Assembly: GCF_964355755.1 (NCBI RefSeq)
Contig: NC_092675.1
Coordinates: 801,812-865,811 of the forward strand
Direction of reading: 5' to 3'
DNA: 64,000 nt
Origin: Antedon mediterranea
Taxonomy: Eukaryota > Animalia > Echinodermata
In this document: piece by piece, positions 15,201-27,200 of the stretch
Numbering within the stretch: the first letter of the stretch is position 1
Layout: each line of letters starts with the position of its first letter
Made by a program: the position numbers and the translations under genes
Notes under the pieces: model-generated
Told to the model about the DNA's origin: nothing
What the model saw: only the letters and a program-made list of their open reading frames with translations
The model's database searches: none

Positions 15201-18200
15201 CAGAGAGCTTCAGGAGTATTTACTTTTCTGTACATGGAAATTGCCCCAGTTACTTTGATGGCATTTGTATACTACAAAATTTTTCAGTCACTAAAAAGTC
15301 GAGTCGGAGAAAGTAGTGCTATTGGGAACGCAAACAGTGCAGCCAGGAGACTCAATGTCATCAAGACAATGGCACTTGTAAGCATCATATATGCAATTTG
15401 CTGGACACCAAATCAAATAGTATTCTTTTACTATCTGTTGGGTGGAGACTTGGATCTTGATGGAATTATGTATTACGGTACAATAGCTCTTTCTTTGTTG
15501 AACAGTGTTGTGAATCCTATCATCTACACTTTCAAGTATAAAGATTTCCAAGAAGGTTTAAGAAAGACTTTGTCATGCCTTTTCAATCGTAGTTAAGGAA
15601 CTTTCAACAATTGAACAAAATTCAACAATAAGGACCGTTCGATTTGCATTTCCTCGACTGATAACCTAGGCGATTTGCGCACGAAATGTCCACTTAAATT
15701 TAAACATTCAAATTATGTGTGGATGAGTACCACCTCTAATACAATTTAATTAAATCCATAGTAAATTTATGTGAATGAGAACACAACAATAAAGTATTAA
15801 AATACAAAATTATGTGTCCTTATTTTTAAAATAATGTTTATAACTATAATCGGCCACTGTTTTCTATGACAACTGAGTAATCTTTTCATCTGCCATTATA
15901 GACAGATGACTTCTGTTCGGACTCTAATAATGGAGATTCTAAGTGCTGGAGAATGGAGCCGTGTAAATAGTTCATCTGAATTTCTTCTTTAAAGATGTAT
16001 TGTCACCCAAAAAATGACTTTGAATAGGTTATTTTGTAGTTTTAATAAAGTTAAGTTAGAAAAAAATGGGAAAAAACAATGTTTTCACTTAAAAAAATTT
16101 AAATTACAGTTTTTCAGATAAATTTCTTTCGATTGATTTTTATAAAAATAGATAACTATTATGCAACATTAAAATGGCATATTCAACCAAATATTTAGAT
16201 TTTTTTTTTAAGGTGTCAATATATCTTTAATGGTTATCTTAGAATATTTTATAGACCATTTTTTGTGTAAGCGCTCAGAAACATTGTATTAGGTGTTATT
16301 ATAAGATTACCTTTATTATTATTATTAACCATTGAATTATAATTTTTTAGATTAGATTTTTGCTGCCAATGATACAAATTGCAATTTACCAAAATGACGT
16401 GGATTAAGGCAGAAGACACAATTAAGCAATCTACAGAAGTTCCTGCCAATTTTTTACCTTGAGAAGTAATTCTCGGTTGCAACATCACAACCTCCAGATC
16501 ACTGAAATTCCTGACGCCAAGCTTCTCCACAGTAGTTATAAATACAATTATCATCCTATTGGTGCTGTACCTGCTTCTATACTGGAGATGAATTTAACCC
16601 CTTTGTCAGCACAAGCTCGGTGGTCTAGAGGTATGAACGCCTGGCTAGTGATCTGGAGGTTGTGGGTTCCAGTCCCACCCATTAATTTCATCCAAATTGT
16701 TCAACATAATCATAGAGCATATCTGATTTTTCTTGATCAAACAGAATCTATGGGGTTTTTGGGGACTCAAAAAAAAAAGAAGGAAAACAGAAGGAAATGA
16801 AAGAGAGGCAAGCAAACCCTATAAATTGGCATTTCAAATGTAAGCATGCAAAATTCTGTCTGACAAAGCACCATTCTCATTTTTATTATATTATATTATT
16901 TTGCATCACAATATCGTATAGTGGATAGACGGTTACTTCTTACACTTTGCATTGTGTTCATCTACCTCAAAATTAAACATAACTTATATATAGATAGTAC
17001 TGATATACATTTTTACAATAAACAACAGTAGCATAATATGATAAAAGTATACAAATAATGTTTATGAGGTGAACAATTAATTGTTATATTTAACGAGGTA
17101 GAGTCACATTGTTTTATAACACACCTAGTTTATTAAAGTAAACTTTTATTTAATCAATCTGCTGCTAAGACTTGCATTTCGCCTTTCTCATTATTAGAAC
17201 TATGAGATACTTTTTTATATTGAAACGAAATCCTCATTGAGCCTGCAAAATAGTATGCAATGTAAATGTAAACTTTCTCAGTTTTCAGTTCAAATGTGTG
17301 TTATGACCCACAGTAGCCATGACAGTGCATTGCCAATAAGAAGACAAATTCCGAATCTTTTCAAATAGTGTTTTTTTATCATGTATGTGTATGTTTATGT
17401 ATGTTGAAGGATGAAACTGTCAGTCAGGTCAGTCACTAATTTTGGTTTGTCAATTTTTAAAATAACATCTGAAGGATGTGTTTCATTGAAAGGTATTGAT
17501 TTAATATATTTATTTCAACCACATCCAACAGTGAAAAATTGCCAATTACAGGATGCCTTAAAACTCTTAAGATATAAATATAGATATTAAATAAATAAAA
17601 TGTTAACTTTTAGTTAAACCAGTTGACAAGTACTTAGTTGAAACGTAGCAAGTAAGTACTTGTCAACTGGTTTAACTAAAAGTTAACATTTATTTATTTA
17701 ATATCCATTGAAACCAGATGAAATTTTTTGAGAAAGTATAAATATAGAATTAAAAGAACATAAAAATACAAAACATGAAACATAAAAAATGGCAAACTTA
17801 AATCGATTTAAGAACTTTAGACTTAAATTGGACAAAGTGTAAAAAAAATATCGATAGTCTTATCTTAATATCGATAGTCTTATCTAAATATCGAAAGTCT
17901 TATCTAAATATCGATAGTCTTATCTAAATATCGATAGTCTTATCTAAATATCGATAGTCTTATCTTAATATCGATAGTCTTATCTTAATATTGAAAGTTT
18001 TATCTAAATATCGATAGTCTTATCTAAATATCGATAGTCTTATCTTAATATCGATAGTCTTATCTGTATCAACAATAAGAACACTTTCAAACATAAATTT
18101 TAAAAACATCTACTTAGTAAACTTGAAGAACAACAAAGTCATGCTTAGATCCTGAGCAAAATATTTTCAATCACTTTAGTTTGTTTATTTCTATTTCATA

Positions 18201-21200
18201 CTTCTTCGTTTTCTTTCTTAGTTTTGTGCTTTTTTAAATTCTTTTTTAAAAATATTATTTCATCATCTATTCATCTTCATATGTTTCTCTTTTGATGTTT
18301 TATCATTAGACTGTTACTTTATATATTGACCTCTGTTTTAAAAAATATGTAGGCCCTACAGGTATGATGTATGGATTTGAAAAAACAAGAGTAATATAAT
18401 AATCTTGCATATACAAGCAATATTAATTAATTACTTTCATAGAAAAAACAAAATAAAAAAATATATATCTATATAGTATACCAGGCCACTGTTACAAGAA
18501 ATGACACTAACAAAGTTGAAACGTATGTTGGACTGAAAATACTTTTAAGTGTAGATACAAGTCTGAGTTTTTATTTTTCATTTATATCTATATAAAGCGA
18601 TTTTAATAGGTTTAAAATATGGATACCTCTAAAACCTTTTACAATAACAAAAGATTTACTGTCTGACTGAATGTCATATTTAATTGAATGTATATTTCGA
18701 GGGTGGTTTTTAAAAGTGTATTGAAAAGAAACAATTATACAGCCTAATGTTGTTCAACATTATACATTACTTGATGATTGATTTCTGTAAACGCTTTTAC
18801 AGTAATCTTAAACTGAATTAAATGAATATAGCATTAAGTACCTTACAGGATATTAAAGCACAGACTTAATGATAATACATAATTGAGTAAAGCCTAAACT
18901 AAAACAGCCAATACACAATGAAAGTTTAGCTTTCTTTCATATATCTGCCACAGCTTAGTAAAGACATAATCAGCAGAGTTAGAAGATAGATTTCATAGTG
19001 GAAATACAACTGAAGTAAATATATGGCATCAACTAGTACTTTACTATACAGCATATTTGGTTCTTTAGGATTGTTCACTAATGGTTTCGCAATATTCATT
19101 CTCCTACGTTTGCAGAATCGATTTAACTCACCAAATCTTTTAATTTTTAATCAATGTGTGGTTGATTTCTTGACATCTTTCTTCTCAATAATTCAGTTTG
19201 TTGATAAATTTAATAATCCGTTGCCAGAGTCACCAGTGTTGGCGGCCATCGTTTGTAGTAAGTACTTCTTCTGGTCTTGCATTTTTACTTCAACTGGCAA
19301 TCTGGTTGTTCTAACAATTGATCGCTATTGTGCTGTAATACATTCTTTAAAATACAATCATGTCAAAAACTACAAGTGGGTCAAATGTGCTGCTCTAGTC
19401 ACACCCTGGATTTGTGGCTTTACTTTTATTCTTTACTGGGTTGCAATCCATAGAGTCGTAGATGGAGTTTGCTTCCAGAAGTGGCCAAGCGTCCAGTTTC
19501 AGAAATTGTTTGGATTTTTGAATTTCTTCTACATAGAGCTGGCTCCACTTGCTATTATGCTATTTGTATATGTTAGAATCTTTAATTCTCTCAAAACACG
19601 TGTCGGAGAAAATAGTACAACCAGAAATGAACACGGAAACACTGCCAGAAGAATGAATATTATTAAAACCATGTTGATCGTCGGCGTCATATACATGATC
19701 TGTTGGACACCAAATCAGATAGCGTTTTTGAATTTTACTTTCGGTGGTCAATTTGATTTCAATGGTATTTTCTATTACGTAGTAGTGGTACTTTCTCTAT
19801 TTAACAGCTGTGTAAATCCTATCATTTATACTTTCAAATATAAAGATTTTCAAGAAGGACTGAAGAAGACTTTAGTATGCCTCTTGCCAAGAGATACAAC
19901 TTAAGACCCAACTGCAGTTCTACAAGTTATAAACGTTTCAGTCAGACATTCATTTGTAAAATCTAAAAACAATTAGTCTTATGTTTACGATGTGATAGGA
20001 CAGAATTTGAAAGGTGTTGGACATTAAAAACTTTAATTTATTAATGTTTAATAGCAAGTCTGGTATTCTGGTCCATTTTAGCCCCTGTTCAACCTTCCCT
20101 TCCTTAAGAAATTCAAGAATATACCTTTCAATAAAAGATCAACTACAGTAACTAATGCTAATAAATTGCATAGCATCTTGATTTAAAATCTATTGGCAGG
20201 TACTGTAGGTTAGTTTTAAACTTGTTTTCAATAGATCACACAATATATATTTTCATAATAGCAACTGCAGAAAGTCAATGCTTATAACCATCTTCACTGT
20301 AACCTATATCAGGGCTCCTAAGTCACATAGATTCAGCATATTGCATTATACTAGTAGGCCTATACAACGACTTGTATATACATTTGATAATATTTGTATA
20401 AAAATTGTATTCAATGTTATTCTCATAAGATACATCATTATGTAATTAAAAAAATGAGAGTTATTTTAAAAGAGTCAAAATGTATTTCAAGAGTAGACCA
20501 ACAAAAAAAAAGTAATGAATAAATAAACAAGGCCAACAGCCATTAAGTCGCGTGCTACAATGCATAGTGATACCGGACCGACAGACAGACCGACAGAAAG
20601 ACCGACAGACAGACAGACCGACCGACCGACCGACATAGTGAACTATACTGACCAAAATTACTGAACATGTTTAAAAATGTTGAAATGTTTGAAAACATTT
20701 ATATTTTTTTAATTTACACGTGCGTAGCCTGTCACTTTTGACGTGCTCGTATAACGTAATTTCGAGTTGAAAAGTAAGTCAAGAAAACAGAAATCGGGCA
20801 AAAAGAGTGCGCAATAACATTTAACGCGCAGTGCGCGCGCAAAAATATGCGCACTCATGGCAATTTTGTAAACGCTTAAAATTGCCTGAAACGTACTCTT
20901 ATTTCATTGAAATTTTGAAAATTTTAAGCGCGCGTACGCATGCGTTACATGTGCTACGCACGTAATTGTATTGCCATATGATGATTTATGCCCTGAAATT
21001 TATGAGTACCAAATTTTATTTAATTGTGATTCATGGTTGTGAAGATATGATTACAAACGTGATTTCGTTAAATCGTGCGTAGACCGCGTAATTTTTTATT
21101 GCGCACCGTGAAAACATAACCACATTGATTCCTGGCCATAAGGAATATACTGTGAAAAATTGACCTAGCTAGATTAAACTGATATCAAGATAAGGTCAGA

Positions 21201-24200
21201 AAGCGATAAAACGCATAGTGATACCGGACCGACAGACCGACAGACAGACAGACAGACCGACAGACCGACAGACCGACCAACCGACCGACATAGTGAACTA
21301 TAGAGTCGCTTCCACGTGACTAAAAATAAAGAAAAAGTGTTAAATGTTTTATTTGAAGTTTTTTCACTCATTGGTGTAATTATTGGTCCACAAAAAAAAA
21401 ACAACAGATAATTACTAATGGATGATATATCATATCTACCAAATTTAAGGCAATGTAGAATAGTTTGAAAATATAATTTGAATTTGGATAACGTCATAGT
21501 ATAAAGTTGGCAAGTTTGACAATATATATACAAAAACTTGTATACTGTAGGTAAATGTATATAGGTATACCAATTGTTCAATTCTTCTACCGCCATCTTC
21601 ATTATTCGATAAATTAATTGCAAATATCATAGGCCTACCTGAGTAGATTCTTTTTATTTAATTTGAAAATTGTGGGTCAAATTCATAAAAGTACCAGGGT
21701 CTGGCATGAGTGGTGGAATGGTTTTATAAAGATTTTTTTAATAGCGAAAGTTTTATGGTGTTTGTCAGTATGTAATGATGCATGAAAACAGTATCCATGA
21801 AGACGGTTATGTAGGAGAATAGTTACAAATTGAATTATATATAGATACTGATTTTCTTAAGAACATACTTTGAAAATACTTTAAAAGCTTTTCAAGGGAA
21901 TCTTTAATAACCTAATATTGTTCACATATTTTAAATAAAAATGTGTCCTTGAATAAGTAACAAGATCAGCAAATTCTAAAGTCTTAATCATTTGAAAGCC
22001 ATTAACAAAGTATCTATAATTGTATGCAATTTCCTATATCTATTGACAAATGAATATATATCGATTACAGTATGATTGAGAAGACCAGGTCCATGAGAAG
22101 ACACTTCATGAGACTATAGGGTGCTCTGTGATTTGTTGACAGATTACTATTTAATTATTAATTATTTAGGCATTATATTGCCAAGGATAAACTTATACAA
22201 AGAAAATTTATTTGGAAATTGAAACCAATTGAATTAAAAAAACAATCTTTGTCAGTGGAGTAGTTTTTTGTCGTGAAAAAAAAATCCTTACCATGAGATC
22301 GGTAACCAAGCATCTAAACTGCTTGAAAGCTAAAACTTCACTTCAGATAAGTTATGTAGATTGAATTGAATTACCGAGATCATAGTAATTTTCTACTTTG
22401 AAAACATTTTAAAAGCTTTTCAAGGAAATTTTTAATAACCATATTGATTACATTTTATAACGGAAATTGTATCCTTGAGTCAATTTAGACACATAATTGG
22501 CATGATGCTTACAAACAAATTGTTTAAGTTTGAGTATAATATATATATAGGCCTACTGAATGTAGAATATAATGAAAATGGATGTAAGATGAAAGTTTGA
22601 TTCATGGTTTAATACACTTACGAATTAAATATATGAAATACGTTGAACCAATAAGCAGCAGAGTTCTGGAGTGGATGTACCAGCATACTCTATATGAGGC
22701 AAAAAAAAAAAGAAGTTGCCTGCGACACGTAAAACAGTAGCTTCTTGACTAAGAGAATATTTTTTTTCTGGAAGCCTAAGCCACACTTGAATAAAGTGAC
22801 ATCAGAATTAAACAAGAGACAATAGAAAAACATGGCAGCAATAAATGCAGTACTTTACAGCGTGTTTGGATGTCTGGGATTGTTCACAAATGGTTTCGCA
22901 ATATTCATTCTTCTACGTTTACAGAATCGATTCAACTCGCCAATTATTTTGATTTTAAATCACTGTGTGGTAGACTTCTTGACATCCTTCTTCTCAATAA
23001 TTCAGTTTGTTGATATATTTACCACTCCGCTACCAGAATCACCAGCATTGGCGATCATTGTTTGTAGTAAGTACTTCTTCTGGTCCTGCATTTTTACATC
23101 ATCCGGCAATCTTCTTGTTATAACAATTGATCGCTACTGTTCTGTAATATATCCTTTAAAATACAATAAAGTTAAAAACTACAAGACGGTCAAAGGTGCT
23201 GCTCTAGTCATACCCTGGATTTGTGGCTTTACTTTTATGCTTTACTGGCTTTTAATCCATAAAATCGAGGATGGAGTTTGCATTCAGAAGTGGCCAAGTG
23301 TCCAGTACCAGAAATTGTTTGGTTTTCTAAATTTCCTCTACATCGAACTGATTCCACTTATTATTATGCTATTCGTGTACATAAGAATCTTCATCTCTCT
23401 TAAGACACGTGTCGGAGAGACCAGTACCGCAAGAAATGAAGCAAACACTGCCAGAAGAATGAACATTATAAAAACAATGATGATTGCTAGCATTACATAC
23501 ATGGTTTGTTGGACTCCAGGCCAAACATCATATTTATATTTTACTTTTGGAGGTTACCTAGATTTTGATGGAGTTCCATACTACATTGTGGTGGTATTTA
23601 CGCTATTAAACAGCTGTGTAAATCCTATAATATACACCTTCAAGTATAAGGATTTTCAAAAGGGTTTGAAAGAAACTTTTTCATTCCTACAACAAAGAAC
23701 AGAGAACTAAAAAGGTTAGGAAGGTAGTAACACAACATTTTTTTGTAAATTTGTAATTAAATGTGATGTGGCCATATTATATGGACATGATGATGTCGTA
23801 TCACTACCACAGTTAAGCATATCACTACCATATTTAGGCACATCACACTTTTTTGTCAAACTAGTTTGATAGTATACATACAGAGCTTATTAGCCGTGTT
23901 CTGATCATGCGCACAATTACTATTCCCTCGACAGAGGTGCGTATCGATTAATTTAATTAATTTATTTTTAAAAATTTAAAACATATTTATACAGGATAAA
24001 AACCTATAAGGTATTGTATATGTAGTACCTGTTTTACATATGGTCCTGTTTATAAAAAATTAAAGGTTAACAACAATCTTTAAAACTTGCTAAAACAATA
24101 AAATAACAATACTAACATATATGTACATTTACGATAAAAGGATTAAAAATGCTAAATATTCAGATACCATGTCCTGTCACAGTTTTACAATTCTTATTAT

Positions 24201-27200
24201 GAATTGATTGCAGGCATCAAGTTGAGCAAGTTAAAAATGTGATACCAACAAATGAATGAATAAATAAATAAATAAATAAACAATATTATTTACTCCAAAA
24301 CAGATGATACATGTATATGATTCATAAAATGTAATATAAAAAGAAGCAGTAGTGCCAGTATGATGGTGTCCCTTCCTTTAATGAGTGTATGCGAAAATCT
24401 ATCTATGGCTTCATGCAACGTATGTTGAATAGTTGTAATATTCTTGTTGCTTGTGTTTGCACACATGTTAAACATTAAACTAAAACATGTATAGTAGAAG
24501 TATCCTATATATTTAAGCTTAGAGTTTGTGAATTTTCTTTTTTCTTTTTCTGTTCGTACGTTTGTTGATATGGATGAGATTTTTCCGAAATAAAAATAAA
24601 TTGAATTGAATTGAAAAAAATAAATAGACATTATGACATAGAAATTATCAATTTTATCTATAATTGTTAGATAGTGTGTTGAGTTCTTTTATAACTAAAC
24701 ATGTGTAGATTTTTTGTTTTTGATCTTTTTTTATTCCAAATTTTGGCACTGTTATAGCTGATACTGTTTTGTATTATTCTTTTATTTAATAGTGTAATGA
24801 AGTTTAATTTATATTAAATTCACAATGTTTTCTCTTTCTTATGCCATACTTATGAATAAAGTAATAGAAGCTGTTTATTATGAAACTGAAGGGTTAATTT
24901 TACAGTTCCGTGATGTCCTAGGCTGGGTTGAAAAATGTGTAAATAGTACTAGTCCGGCTTGATCATTGCTATCGTTATTTATTTTCAACAATTTAAAAAC
25001 TCAGTGACGTTACATGACATCGACTGGAATGTGGCTGTGCGCCAATATACATGATATATGCGCGTGACAGCGCCGTGACAACGAAAAGCCGCTAATGCTA
25101 TACGCGCAAAATGACCTGACCTTGAAACTGAATGATTCTAAAGACTTACCAACACAGATCGGTATGCTTGCATTCCATTCTGGTCGTCTGAACCCAGGTG
25201 GTGAATTAAACATTGTCACTTCCATTTCTTCAGTATACCTCTCTTGTGCCTCTGTAACATCCATGACACCATCAGTAACCATATTTTCAGTAATTTCTTC
25301 CTCTGAAGAAAAAGCAATGATCAATTATAATTAAATTCATAATATTAGGCCTAATAGAATTAGGATATAAAACACTTTTTCAGTAACAAATTGATTTTGT
25401 GCAAATTGAACAATGACACCTGGACACCACTTGTGATCATAGTAGTATTGATGCCATGTAAAGAGTTATATGTATGCTGTGAACAGAAATTTAAATACCT
25501 GTAATGACTGGATACTCTGTCTGTTGAATCTGCCTTCGACGTCTGAAGGGGAATGCTGATAAATAATAATAAAACAAATTGAACATGAGCTTAACAGTAG
25601 TGGCATGTAGTGTTAACGTTCTTTCCCTTTCAGAAACACAATAAAGGCTCTGCCAAAAATAGTGCCACTTTTCTTGATATCTTTATATTGCACTCTGTAA
25701 TTTAACTTCTTTTCTTTTTAACTTTTCTTTTTATTCACTCACTTTTATTTACATTCTTCATTACAACACATCATAATCGTTAATAATTATCATTGTAGTA
25801 TTTCATTATTATATTTCAATAAAAACTGTGTAGTGAAATAAACGTACGATTTTCAACTGGAGTTTCACAAAATCTGCCTTCGTAATCAAACCCACACTGA
25901 CAGAAAAAATCACCGCTGCCTACTAGACAAATTTTACCATTCATACACGGGTTAGGATCACAAGGGGAACCTGCAGAAACATCAATGAGAAAAAAATAAT
26001 AACTTCTATAAGTAATAGAAAGTGTATTTTTTGCATGAAATAAACATTTTTTGCTTGTACATTAAAGTAATACAGAACAATACTTTGAAAAAATAAATTT
26101 ATTGTGAGTAAATGTAGATTGAGAAAGACACTAAAAAGCAAAATGTAAATACACACTAAATGTAAATTCAATTCTTACCTTCGGTAGTGGGTATGGCTGA
26201 GGAAAGATGACCAAAGGTGATATCTATCTGGGGAGTTGTCCATGGTGCAGTGGATGCTTTATTTTCTGAAAAAAGAAAAACAGTAAATTTCTTGAAGAAT
26301 GGCTGTGTGCTTCTAGTTGAAACAATTGTTTATTTCATGGGTATCCACATAGTAGCTGGTATTTTTATTTCTATAGTACCTGGTATTGCTGTTGTAACTG
26401 GTACAAGTATTGTTGAAGGAACTGGTATTGGTGTAGATGGCAGTCCAGAACTGGTTATGTCTGGACTAGTGAAAATGTTGAATTTCGTGGTCATCATATT
26501 TGCAGCAGTTGTGAAATCTTCTGATTGTGTCGATAGTAGTAAATGTTCATTGGTGCTTGCTGTACAATAAAAAAAACATTATTTATATTAATTTAGGGCA
26601 ATAAAGCTGATAAAAACTACAATGAATTATCTCTACTAAATGTAGCAAATTGGATAGGAAACATAAAGATTGTACAAGAAAGTTAATGTAACTCACACAT
26701 AGGCATTTCTTCACAGATTTGCCCATAGACTCCTTCTGGACAAACACATATGAAATCATCTTCATTTGAATAGCATTGTCCTTCATTAAGACATGGCTCA
26801 TTATCACAAGGATCATCTTAAAAGAGAAAAATAAATCAGAATCCCACATGTCAACAACAACTAAAATGAAAGCACTCGGAAACTGAGTGAAGTACATATC
26901 AGGGAAAACTATATTCAGAGTAAACGGGCTCAATACTTGATATTTTAGATACTGAGTGAAGCACTTGGCAAAACAGGGAAAACTACTGTATATTCGGAGA
27001 GAGAGAGGGGTCAATACTTTATAGTGTTTTGTTTCACTTTTTGACAATCCCGTCTACCCCTAAAGTGCTCTGTACCTTTACTTTATTATTTATAAAAGAC
27101 GAAATTAATTAAATGGAATATTTTGGTTAAAAGAATACAGTGGGAGTGCTATTTAATATCTCATATGGAAGATACAGGTAAGCTAAATTTTAATATAATA

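Noticed and set aside
16610-16680. tRNA-like segments here and at about 32540, 37742, 44730, 61050 and 62760
   Set aside because: Degenerate A/B boxes only; old SINE remnants too decayed to classify.
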